Origin: Tubulanus polymorphus
Taxonomy: Eukaryota; Animalia; Nemertea
Reading direction: 5' to 3'
Assembly (NCBI RefSeq): GCF_964204645.1
Contig: NC_134030.1
Coordinates: 6,180,778-6,244,777, forward strand
Length of the DNA stretch: 64,000 bases
In this document: piece after piece, positions 11,685 through 24,730 of the stretch
Numbering within the stretch: position 1 is the stretch's first letter
How the letters are laid out: each line of letters starts with the position of its first letter
Notes under the pieces: generated by a model
What the model saw: the letters and a program-made list of their open reading frames with translations, nothing else
What the model was told of the DNA's origin: nothing
Databases searched by the model: none
Position numbers and translations under genes: made by a program

Positions 11685-14600
11685 ATGGAACAACATGAAC
11701 AGGTTATTCGGCAGTTAGCGTTCGGTCCATTCATCTGTGGATTAGGTGGATTAGGTTCCGGTCTACACACTAATAAATTCATGAACTGGATGATTCAAAC
11801 AAACTATCCTTTTCCCAGGTAGGCCATGTCTCGTTTTACGTATTGGGTTTACTTCTGTGCTTAAAAGCAGGCATCCACTTATCATTCTTGTTTAAACTAT
11901 TTCACTAGTCATTCAATCAAATCTTTTACATGAAGTAGTTTTTATGCGTTACTTTGTTAATGAAAAGTTGCATCCGTTTCAGATCGAATAACTATGAAGA
12001 TGAAGCGTTTGATGAACGAGAAGATGCCTCATTGAATGAGTTAGAAATCATCATGAAAACCTTGAATGATAAGATGAAGGTATGGCCCATTGGATGGTAC
12101 CAGAAAACAAGTCTGAATGTTTTAATCTTCCAGTCTTTTGATAACTTGAATTCTATGTAGGCATTCAAAAGTCTTTTTCTATTCAATTACAGAAACAACG
12201 TCATGACTATCTGAGGCGAGTGATTTCATTGATTACACAGATGAAAGATGTAGACGACATAGAACAAGCATTGTCATTTGCCAAGAAGGGCGAGCTGTTT
12301 TCAAAAGAAGATATGGAGATGTTACAGTAAGCCAATTAATGAATTGAATTCAACATCAAATTCTAACTTTACTTGCTTCAGAAATCTATTATCTGAACTT
12401 GTTCCATGAACTAAATTGGCGATATGAACCTGTATGAGAACTCTGCCTCGCTTGTTAAGTTGAACTTGACTAATAACAAGTGAAGCAGAGTTCGCTGCAT
12501 TATTCTATTTTGGAATATTTCTATCAATATGTACGCACTGGGAATTATTGAGTTATGAATTAATCTTAAACAGAATAACAGGCCTACCATCATTATTTGT
12601 TACAGAAATGCAGATAACAAGCGGATATATACTGGTGGATTATTCATCGCTGATTTATGTAAGTCTTTTGTGATTTATTCAAATAGTGTGAGTTTTCAAA
12701 AATACAACAATTCTAGATAAAAATCTAATCATCTCTTCTTTTTTTTCAGATGTGGAACACGTCACAAATTTAACGTGGAAAAATCAAGATTCCATCTCCG
12801 AATTTCGACATCGACTCGAATCAAAAGAAAAGGTAATTTCGGTGTAGCAGACGATGTATGCATAGTTCGCACAAGTTCTTCAAATTCTATGGTAATACCA
12901 TTTTTTTTAGGAAAGTCAAGCAGAGAATATATTAGGAAACACTGCTTTTCGTGAGGGAAACTATAATAAAGCGATCCAACATTATACTAATGCTGCTATA
13001 ATAAGGTAATTAATTGATAAGTTAGTTCATTAGCATGATTTCAGCATTGATCCATTTCCTCATCTTTCCTCCAACTGTCTGTCTTAAAAAATAACGCAAT
13101 ATCCTAGATGCTGTTTTATATTTGCTAATACTCTTCGCTAATGTCCATGTTATACCTGTAACAATGATATAAAAATCCCACTCGATGAATGAAAAAATAT
13201 AAGTCCCTCTAATCAAAATTAGCCTAAAAGTGATCATTTATAGAATACTTATGTGACAAATTATGAGAAATCTATATAATCCAGATCAAAGAGACTAATT
13301 AAGCAATAAGATGTGATACAAACTAGGGATAATGACTGTACAGCATAATAACCACTAAAGTGGAGCAAACTAGGGGGTGCTTAAATAATACAATAGTGAA
13401 TGTAACTTCAGTCAATGTAACAAAGAAATGGATCAAACAGTGGATCAAGGGGCAAATTATCTATTGAGTTTAACTGATATATTTTCTATGAATTGTTACA
13501 GTCCATATAGTTACACGTACTATGGTAATCGAGCTCAGTGTTATTTACGAATTAACAACGGACTACGAGCTTCTATCGACGGTCGCCGGTGTATTACATT
13601 AAACCCTTACTGGACTAAAGTAAGTAAAGTATTTCAAATCTTGTGATAGCACATTTCATCAGTGTTACCTAAATATAACTGTTAGTGAAAAGTGTTTATA
13701 ATAAACGAGATATTTCAAGATGCCGGAAGAGAATTATGTTTTCAATGAGATTCTTCTGTTAATGATGTGTGATCAAAGTGGTATGGATGACAATTACACG
13801 AAAATGGACCCCTAAAGTTTTCAAAAAGATTCTCTGCAAATTACAGTGGAACCTCTTAACAACGAACTTCGGGGGACCAGAAAATATGTTTGTTTCATTG
13901 AGAACCTTAGTGTCAGTGGTGAATCGCTGTCGCGACCCCTGATGGTTCACGTGAGCTCATAGTACACGCAGTATACTCTCAGGACTTGGTGAAGAGTTCG
14001 TTATATCCAGTATGAAATGAGTGAAATTTTCCTATTTGGGACAAAATTCTAGGTTTGCAATAACCAATAAATCGTTAAAATCCAAGGACGTGGTAACGAG
14101 GTTCCACTGTATATACCGTCAAATTACCTAAAGACCCTTGAGTTTATTGATCCCTTAGGAAGGCCGATATACGATGCATATCTTTTTTCGTAGGGTGTTT
14201 ATCGATATTGCCAGGCATTGGTGAAATTAAAACGATTTGATTTAGCGTTGAAAGTCAACGAGGAAGCCGTGTCTCGTTTCACTATAAGAAGTAGAGACAT
14301 GGAAAAATCTGGAATTTCTCTGTCCGATTTACAAGAGCTAGAAAAACTGAAAGCCTTTATCAATAAAGAAAAATGTAAAGGTTGGTAGTTTTACCTTAGT
14401 AGCAATATTATTTCAATTCCTCTCATTCGCTATATACATGGTTTCTATTGTGTCATCACTACTTAAAAATTAACTTATACCGTAAATCAATCCATACTTC
14501 TCTTCAAGCTACTGTATTTTAGTTAAATATGTTTTATAGCTAATATGAGCTTAGAAATTATTTTCTATTCATTGTTTTCAGAGGATTACACTCGCGAAAA

Positions 14601-17600
14601 ACTACTGAAAATTGGCATCGATATCGGTGAGAATAGTACGTTTTTCTTATAATAAGAAAATTCAATTTCTGTATAAGTTTTAGTGAATCTCTATAAAATA
14701 TTTTGTGTTTGAAAATAAGGAAAAAGATTTCAGTTAATTTTTGTATTTGTGGTATTAGGTTTTTTCCCGTATATCCAGTTTTGTGAGATATTTTCATTTT
14801 GCTTACAGGCAGCAAAAATAAAGATGATGACGTTGCGACTGGATCAAGGTAAAAGAGTGTTTCTTGTCTTAGTGATTTTAATGTCAGCTTTATTTACGGG
14901 TCCCCTATGACTCCTTAATTGCTTAATAACTTCAAAACATAAAATACTTGAAAATTTAACAATGACTGATCTGTATGGTCCCTGATTTAATCATCAGCCG
15001 CTTACCGTATCTTTTAGCGACGAAGAAGATGATGATGTCCCTGAGTTGATATCAGACAGCGATGAAGATTCACTGGGCAACGTTAAACAGGCTGCGGTGA
15101 GTGACGTTTCCGATGATGAAGAACCGCCGAATCTCGTAAGCGATGATGATTTTGATGTCGAGTGTATTGATATTGATGACAACAGCGATAGGAACAAGGA
15201 AAATCGTTGCGGCAACAAAACCCAATCGCGACACCACAGAGACAGTTATAACAATCAACGGCCTAAATTTCAACCGTCTATGAAAATAGTAAGTCATTGA
15301 GAGCACACAGAAATTCGACTCAGTTCAAAGTACTCGAAAATTCAGTAAGCCTCCTAAAAAGTGCTTACTTGTCACAAAAAAAGTCCAAAAGGGTTTACTT
15401 TCAGCATCCCAAATCCTTGTTTACCCTATGAGAGTGCTTCAAAGTGCTTAATTTTGCCTCAGCCAGACTACTATGAACCCTGTTGGGGTCTTGTAAAAAG
15501 ATCTATTTCAGAAAAAATTAGATGCAGTTCAGATATCTTTGCATGAGCCTGAGATTTTTGGCCATTGTTTGTGTGCTGAAAATGTTCTCTCTGAATCAAC
15601 TGCTGTAATGATGCCTTTATTTTACAGAACGATATAAACCAAAATGTTGACAAACCGAAAAAGAAAGAGTCAACTGAAAAACCTCCTCCTGAGCCGGTCG
15701 TGAAATTATTGCCTGAAGAGGAAAGACGGCATTTGTTTAATGAATATCTGAAAGAAGGAAGTTTAGCATTATTGGAACAGAGAAATCAATCGGCCTATGC
15801 ATCGTTTACTAAGGCGTTAGAAATGATTGCTCAAGATTCATATCAGGTAAACAGTGGACTCTCGTGATGAACTATGAAAATTTTACCCAAATGAAAAAAT
15901 GTGTAACATGTACCGCAGTTTGGAGTTAGAGGTGAAATTTTAACTCATGAGTTGAACTGGATACAGGTCTATAAGTTTGTTAAACCTAGATTGCATCGTC
16001 AACCAACTATCCTCTCATTTTTACTGATTTTCGGTTGTCTTCTATTCGTAGTTCTACAAATTATTACAAATGGATGTCATGATAGTGAAATATTCATTGA
16101 GTACATCTGCCATAGGTATTGGTGAAATTCACGTAAGTTGAATTGGACTAGACGATATTTTGGAATTCCTATCGAGTTGCTCAAATCAATAAACAAATGT
16201 CGAATTTTTTCATTGCAGTACTATAAAGATGGTATACAAGGTTTTAAAAATATAATCTCTGAATATAAAGATATATATTTTCCATTGGCTTATTACGGCA
16301 TTGGTCGGGGATATCGAAAACTAAACAGGTAACTACCACACAATTAAAATAGCCTCTACGCTCTGACGTGGAGAATCAATAATAACTTTAAAACACACTA
16401 CCAGTAAATACAATGTTGAAAAAACTAAAAGTGATACTACCGGTAAAATCAAAGTACACAACGTTTCAAACTCTCGCTAGAGATCATTGCCAGGTGTAAG
16501 GGAATAACTAAAGATGAATTCATATTTTTCAGATTCTTCGACGCGTTAGACCCGTTGAAGAAAGGATTAAGACTTTTGAAACGTTTAGAGAAAATTTCAA
16601 TTCGTAACTGGCCTGGAACTAAACACGTCATCGAAGAGACTAAACCAGGAATTTTACAAGAAAGATTACTGACCTTATATAATGAATGCCAGTATCCAGC
16701 GCCACCTGACGCTATTTGTCGTTACTGCGACTGTGCAGGAAACTCGAATATGTATTTTACAGACCCAGATTTCAATGTGAGAGACTGAATTCCTTGCTTC
16801 CCTGTGGACCCAGTTGATGAGAATACGATAATTATATTTCATTCTTTTCATGTTCTAGGGTTTTGTTCATGTAACATGTAACTATAAGTGCACGATAGAC
16901 TATCATACGAACTGTTGGAGATGTATGCGCCGTCTGCTGCCAGATAAACCTACCGACAAAGATTTCTTGCTGCGCGAATGTTTAACTCCCGATTGTCAAG
17001 GAGTAATAGTTAGAGTTGCTTACTGCGATGCTGATCGCCAGTGGAATAGACTTAAAGAGCAGTGCGCAAATCCACCTCTTAAACAAACTACAACTTCTAA
17101 AAGAAAATTCAAGATGCAGGTATCAAGGTGATTATTCGCTCTTACTTCATAAATCCTTTGTAAGGCTTTCCCCTTATTGCAGCACAAACGCTTGAACTTT
17201 TCAAATAAGGGCTTGCCTCATTGCAGCATTAACATTCTAGCTTCTTCAGAGATGCACAGAAGTTTTCTTATATGAACATTTTTCACGGTTTTTAGTAAAA
17301 AGAGAATTGATAAACAGGCGGCAAAGAAACTACTGAAAAAACAGAAAAAAGAAGAAGCAAGGAACCACGGAGATGCAGCAAAATCTATCAATTGCGATGA
17401 TGAGTTGTTATCAACACTAGAGAAAGTCGGGAAGGAAGCTGTGGCAGGCGGAGGCGGCGATGTTGAATCATTAGCAGAAGAATCAATAAGTCTACCGGGA
17501 GATGATGACAAGTTGCTGATCGACGAACCGATGACGTTACTGAAAAAAGACGTTGACGCAGATGACGTTCTATTTCGATCGTCTGCGAAACAAGGCAGCA

Positions 17601-20600
17601 GCAAATCGAAGAAAAAGAAGAAAGATAAATCGAAAAAGACGATTACGATCGAACAGGTTTTGCCGGAGAGACCGAATCTAAGCGGAGCTGGTGACGGGAA
17701 TCAACCTAATTTCCCGGATGAACAGTCTCTAGCGTCGTCAACAACTGAGTTGAGTGAAACTGAAACCAATCGAGCGATTAAAGAAAACATTTACACGTAA
17801 GTCAGTGCTATTCTTAAAACAGGGTCCCTTTCACTCCTCAATTCCTTAAAAACTTCTAAATGGAAAATGTTTTTGAAGGTGCTTGAAACTCCTTTAATTT
17901 GAGAAAAAAATTGCAGAAACTGCTTTAAAACTCCTTCAATGTTGAGAAATACTATATACTTTAGAAGTTGTACATTAGGCTATGCCTAAATCAGTACAGT
18001 TGAAACCAGGATCATTTTGTTACCCTATTAGGAGGTTACCGAATTAGAGACAAGTAATATCTAAGATAAATGTACGCTTATAGGGCCTAAAACCACAGAA
18101 TTAATGGTTTATGGAGATAAAAAGAACCGATTTAGGATGAGTACTGTACTTGTGAGGCAGGCGCTACCTTGAAATATGAAATTTTCTCCTTTAAAATTCC
18201 TTATATTCAGGAATGACTGATCTGTAGGGACCCTGTTAAATGCTTTTGTAAAAACCTCTTGTATCTCACTTCTAGACCTCCCTCGGTGTTGTCTTTTTTG
18301 TAGGTTTTTCATCGACTATTTCACAGCGAATGGTCCTATCGTGGCAACAAGTCCGAAGTTACAACAGTTCGTCAATGAGTGCTTTCCCGAAGAAGCAAAA
18401 AAACTTGTCATGGATAAAGGAGGAATCGCGAAATTTCTGATGCAAAATTTGAAATTCGCCATGATTGAAGATGTGTTGTGTTTAGTAAAAGATGCCATGC
18501 AAGGTCGAAAAATCGCCAACGAACGGAAGTATGGTAATGCAATGACGTCTTCTGCTAGTTATCACGGCGATGTGACATCATCAGTTCATTACCTCTGGAA
18601 TGACAATTTTGCCCGAACTGAAAGTAATTTAATGGCGTCTAGGTCACACAGTAATAGTGTAGCATCTTTAAAATCTGATACGAGTGAAGGAAAACAAAGC
18701 GCTCGATCATCATCAGGAGAACTTCATATGAAACCTTGTTCGACTCCTGCTCCTATCGTGGATAGTACACTTCATTATTCAGACGTGGCTTCTTCTTCTG
18801 TTTCTAATTCTTACGCAGACATTGGTAAATTGGATGATTTTACCTTACCACCATCTGCTTTACAACAATCTACAAAGAGTGATCTAGGCGGGATAGGTTT
18901 GGACGATTTCGCATTACCTCCTCCTCTGGGTGTTCTAGACAGTGATTATACCCTCCCGCCACCCGTTGCTAATTGGTCAACTGCTGATACGCCATCTACC
19001 CGGTCTCAAAAAGATGTTAGTCAGTCACTGGTAGGTGATACTACGATGACACAATCAGGAAAAAGAGGATCTCATCACGATGTTGTTGTTCTAGACAGTG
19101 ATGTCTGGTCGACTCCGGATATTGGTAACTTACAGGATGAAATTCAAAGAAACGTTATTGGCAGCGGACGAATGAATCGGACGGCTAGTCCTGCGTCAAC
19201 TTCTAGCGGAATTTCAGATAATGGACTGCTGTTTGGTGCCATGAAAAGTAATAAAAAGTCGAAAAAGAAGAATCCATCCGACAACAAGAATACAGAACCT
19301 AAGAAACCTTCCTCCATCTGTTCGGATTCATCGCACTCAGAAATTGCATCACCAGTCAGAAACTCTTTGATTAAAGACAGTGGATTATTGTTTGGAATTA
19401 AACCGAATAAGATTAACAATAGTGAACTTAAATCCAAATCGAAATCTGAAGCTGCATTTGAAACAGAACCAATTCTGACGTCGGATTCGTTTATGACTCC
19501 GGAACAATCAGCCTACGTACAACAGACCGAGTGCGATGAGAAATATATCAGAGATTTAACTGAATCGTTGACAGCTGAACTCGAAACACGTCCGACATTT
19601 TTGAATAATCCGAACTTACGCGAGAACATAGAACAACAAATACGTAGTGATCTATATCGTAGCGGTAGAACATCATTGGATGTCAGTTCCGATGATATAT
19701 CACGTTCCTCGCTGACCAATACGGAACAAGCTATTCCGAGCTGTGTAGCAGAGGTGTCTGTTCAATGCGGTGGCTCGAGTGTGGACTACGTCTCATGCTC
19801 GGTGCAGACGGATGAAATGGTCGATCATATCGAAAAAGAAGCTCTGAAAAGGCAACTGAATGAACTGTTAAATCAGTATTCGACGTTACAGTTTGACAGT
19901 ATATTACAGCAGAAGCAGAGTAAGGAGTTGGTTGACAGGTTTCAGGTTAGTGATAGCTCTAGTCCGATGGTTTGATTTGTTATATGAGACCTCTAATGAT
20001 TTTGAACTTTAAGGAGGAACAAAAGAAATCGATAGCGCTTGAAGAACTGAATCATAAACAGCTAGTAGAAATGGAAGTGTAAGTAGTTTTATAACAGCTA
20101 GCAGGACTTACTGTAACTGTGAACATTTGTAATTTGATTTTTGATGCCGATTTTTAGGTTGCGTACATTGAATTCAAGCACACAGCAGCAGTTTGAAGAT
20201 CTGAAGAGACAGTGGTAATTATTATTTTACGTGCATCGCTTTCTTTAAAAGTGATCATTCCAGGTCATTTCCCTTTTTTCACCGTATTCTATTGTTTCAT
20301 TCAGCCAAGCCGTGTTGAAAGACCAGGAATGCAAACAGAAGGAAAACACTCGGATGATGGTAGATTTCATTCGTGAGCAACAACGCGCGAGAGACGCCGA
20401 GGTGGCGTTGCTCGAAATGAGGAAAACTATCGGTTTTCAGAACCTGTCTCGCAGTTTACATGACACTGAGAGATACATCCTCAAAATAAGAAAAATTATT
20501 GAATGGTGAGTTAGATTTATCACCATTAATAAGACACTATATCCATGTAGAGACAATAATAAGAAAAGAATCCCACAATACCAACAAAAAATTATAGTAA

Positions 20601-22923
20601 GTCTTAAAATATTTCATTGAGCTAGTAGTTTATTTTCAATGTTTCTATTAGTCATCTTCAGAAATAGTGAGTTCGGTTTTTTAGGTAAAGAACATTGAAG
20701 AATTCAAGCCAATTGATATTGTTATTGTCTGATTTTAGCTATGAACTGTATAGGCGTGAGGTTCCAACAGAAGTTTTCGATTGTTTAAGACAGTGGACTG
20801 AAACTAAAGAGATTATTGCTGAAACTATCAATACAACTATAAAGGTATTATGATTCTGAATGTCAAATTCTCTCATAAAAAACTCCTGTGCATCCTCAGC
20901 ATATTGTATTTTGTATGAACCTGTTTTTGTCTTGTTGTTAAGTTGAAGTTTCCGGAATGGATAAATGTTGTTAAGAACGGCGCTCATCTGTCAATGTTCC
21001 CCGAAGCAAACATTCTCCCGTTGCCACCACCAAAACCTAGTTTGCTTCCTAAAAACGTAAGCAGATTTGCACAGATTTGCACAGATTTGCAGTTTTCAGT
21101 GTTGACTGAGTTAAAATTTTGTGAAAATGATATATTTATTTTTCTAGCTCGATATATTCCAACAAAGTGGTGTAGTTCCACCCAGTTTACCTACAGATAG
21201 TGATGAATCATCCCGGTCCACGCCACCTCTGATGGTGAGAATGAAATAATAACCTTTTCATTTGTCAGTCAGGATGGCCGCTTTCCTGGAGAATCACAGA
21301 ATTTTCTTCTCTTAAAAAAATTCAACGAATTTTGTAAAAAAAAAAAAAAGAAGCTAAATATCACAGAAATTTGTTAAAATTGCTATATCACGCGTATGAT
21401 CAAACAGTTTCCAATCTATGTCTTACGTTTTTGACGTGTTAATTGAATTCTTTAATTAGAATTCTTTAATTAGAATTCTTTAGTTAGAATTAGAATTTAG
21501 TTGAATTCTTAGCGGATTGAGTCAGGGAAAACAACGTACATTTCAAGGAATAGTCTGGGATAAAGCAAGAAGTAAAATAAAAGTGGCCACTGACCCTGTT
21601 TGTATCACTTTAATTCACTGATTATTAAAGTAAAATTACAGAACTTTCACTTTCAATATTTCACCATTTCAGCCAACCCCCTCTGCAGCTGGAGGAATTG
21701 AAATGTCTTCGAGTGCGAATAGTTCAAATTCACCGAGTCCAATTCCGTCACAACCTATCCAACCCAAATTGATGAATGGTCGTAGCCGTCGCCGTGGCGA
21801 TAAATCTAATTCAACAATGGACTCAGGACTAGTTCAACCGAATACAGGTTAATACAAGTACATTTTCTTTTCTTCAAGTTCTAGAATTCAGCGTTTGAAC
21901 TTTTAATCTATCGTGTTTTTATGTTTGTAGTCCGGCAGCCTACAACGTCAGGTGTTGCCGCATCTGTGCGGGTGACAGGTGCTACGGCTATGACGGCACC
22001 ACCCCCTGGATTATCTGCACCCCCGGGGTCAGCAGCGTCCTTAATGTTTCCAAACCAGCCGAAAAAACAACCAATGCAAAAGAAAGGAAACTTTGACCGA
22101 ATTGTCGCGGCGATCGGTAAACGATTTCAGAAATATTCCAAGTGCGTTTTCAATCCCGATTTTGCTTGTTATCTCAGCCACTTACCTGGTAATCGGGGAA
22201 AAGTCAGCAAATTTTCTTCAAAAAAGTCAGGGAATTTTGTAAAGAAGCTAAAAATCAGGGAAAAGTTTGACTGTGTTTATTGATTCCATTCTCAACAGAT
22301 CAAGTCAGTAAAAACAACGTGTACATCTAGGAAATAGTCAGAGAAAAGTTAGGGAAAAAGCAAGTCAGATTAAAGTGGCCAGCCTGTTTGAGTTTACTGG
22401 TTGTGATCATAATTTAACAATTTTTTACAGAGCTGAAGTAAGTAACTTATTGAGTATTGTTCGTGTATCAAACGGCGGAACTTTAGAAGGTTTGAAACTT
22501 GAACAGATTATCTCATCGGTCGAGCGATTGGTCACAGAAAACGATCAAGCTATTCATAAACCGGTACGTTTCAATAAATTCCTGAGGTGAAAAAACGATT
22601 CTGAGTTGTACGAAAAACTCCCCTAAAATATCTTTTGTCATGTGTTGTAGAATGTTGAAGATGACGACCCTTGCGTTATATGTCATGACGATATGCATCG
22701 TCATAACACTAGACAACTGGAATGTGGACATCTCTTTCATAAGTTTGTAAGTATATAATCGTGCAATAGTGACTACTATTAAATCGATACTGTGTTCATT
22801 GAGTTATATGAGATTTTCCTCTCTATTTTATAGTGTTTGGATAAGTGGCTCAAAGAACAGAAAACCTGCCCGACATGTCGTAAACTAGTTCTTTTACCAG
22901 AAGAGTTTCCGAGATTAGCATAG
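11685..22923 (+). CDS. TTC3: TTC3/DZIP3-like E3 ubiquitin ligase (TPR repeats, Cys-rich domain, coiled coil, C-terminal RING-H2); 5' end uncertain
   Basis: Many GT-AG exons: TPR (AFREGNYNKAIQHYT, YYGNRAQCYLR, RRCITLNPYWTKG), PPPDAICRYCDC and CLTPDCQG segments, large exon ~18304-19946, RING-H2 CVICHDDM...[36 protein letters not shown] ending at TAG 22921-22923. Confidence 0.85.
13844..14109. mobile_element. pogo/Tigger-type (Tc1/mariner) MITE in TTC3 intron
   Basis: TIRs CAGTGGAACCTC.../...GAGGTTCCACTG flanked by a TA duplication on both sides; 266 bp, non-coding. Confidence 0.85.
17820..18235. mobile_element. MITE with CAGGGTCCCT terminal inverted repeats in TTC3 intron
   Basis: CAGGGTCCCT at 17820 and AGGGACCCTG ending 18235; internal CTTGAAACTCC-type motifs also seen near 2320 and 14900-15440. 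Confidence 0.65.
20560..20668 (-). mobile_element. Degraded copy of the Penelope-like hammerhead element
   Basis: Shares AGAATCCCACAAT, AGTTTATTTTCAATGTTTC and TAGTCATCTTCAG with 2849-2950; helix II partly deleted. Confidence 0.55.
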
Positions 22924-24730
22924 ATTTTCACTGCTGTTATTGTTATGTATATTTGTTTTTCTCTTTATTAATCATTTTCCGTTCATCATTGCCTTTGATG
23001 TGGTTAGATATTCTCAGAACTGTTGCAATTGTCTCGAATGTATTTGAAGATGACATACTTAGAAAGTTTGTAGTTTGTAGAGGTTCTGCCCGGAAAAGTG
23101 CTTCCGATATTGGTTAGTTTCGAAATTTTACCTTAAATGACTTACAAACTATGTTTTAATAAATTAAGAAAATTATCAATTTTTTAAGTCAATCCCTGTC
23201 CTGCCTCAGGCCAATCACACAGTTTATGGTGTGTTGAATTGATTCAAGAGTTATACAGAGTCCTGTCCTGAGTTCAAGTGTTTATTTTTTTAACTGTTCA
23301 GTAAGCATGTTTATGTTGAACCAACTGAATTTTATTAAGTGTGAATTGGCCGAGTCAATTTAGTATTAAATGTCTTCTGAATACAGAGAAAAGGCGAATT
23401 ATTTTAAACTGCTGGTTAGTGTAGATTATTAGGGTTGGATCCATAGAGAAAATAGGTAAATAAAAGTGCTTTTCATTATTTTGCATTTAGTATAAATATC
23501 TATTTTGCTTATCGATACAATGAATAAATATATTTTGATAATTCCAACTAAGAGTTATTTCATTTAGTTTCTAGGTCTTTAGTACCATTCAGCTCCAAGC
23601 TGGTTAATAGTGGTATTAAGACATGACTGATGAAAATGATGTTGACATTCTCCTGACAACTCATTGTGGAACCAGAATCCTTTAGATAACTAAGATAACG
23701 CTAAAATCTATCACCAAAATATATTTCACCGTAAATTGCAAACTCAAAAATAATTGAAAAGTACAATATATCAAATTACAAATAAATCCTTGTAGCTATA
23801 TCTATGTAATGTACACTTCAAAATGTATAGAAATTAAAATATCACCCAAATAAGGTAGTAACAAACTTCTATAATTATCACAATATAGCTTTGACACAAA
23901 TAAGAACAACCATTAACATTGTTACTTGGTAATGTTTTTGTAAAAACATTTAAGAACATATATTTCTGGATGAATAATAAAAATTTACAACAAAACTAAA
24001 CAAAAAATAAAAGTAACATTTCAACAAAATATATACAGGAAAACGGGACAAAACAAAAAATGCCTACAGTTTGCATATTTGAATGTGCTGCTATTTATGA
24101 AATAATCCTTAATGAAAATTGTTTGAATTAGACTAATGATCGGATTATCAAATAATGGCACATTATAATTAATCTCAATTTTGTAGTACATGTATATACA
24201 AAGCATGTTGGTTTATTATGGTTAAGCATTGTGGAATATATATATATGTATGTTTATTAACAGTAGGCTCAAATTCCAAACGGCAAGAAGAAAATTCTGT
24301 ATAGTAGATTTTCTTCTTCGAAAAGATTTTTGAAATATGATTGTCAACCACAAAATAAGAGATTTGAGCCTGCCTTTAACTGGATAGAGATTCAGAAATA
24401 CACATTCATAGAAAGAATAAAGGCTTGGTATTTGATAGTTATCACAGTTTAACAAATAGACTCTAGTAGCAAAACAAGAGATTCATTCTATATTTACAAT
24501 ACATGTATTATGCTTTTTCTATTACCAAAAGCCTTAATATTTGAGATATTTAGTTTTCAAGCCAAAATGGAAAAAGACATTTCTACGGAGAATTAGAAGC
24601 ATTTATTCCAGATTGTTATCGTCAATGACAGTAGAATCCACCCTGCGCAGTTCCTTCTGTTCCACCTCGCTTTGATTAGTTCTAACTACTGCGAGAAAAG
24701 CCATGATGTCTACCATATTCGTACTTAGCT

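Noticed and set aside
18341-19975. 544-aa ORF as a stand-alone gene
   Set aside because: Bounded by splice sites (acceptor ~18303, donor ~19946) and in phase with flanking TTC3-like exons; it is one large internal exon.
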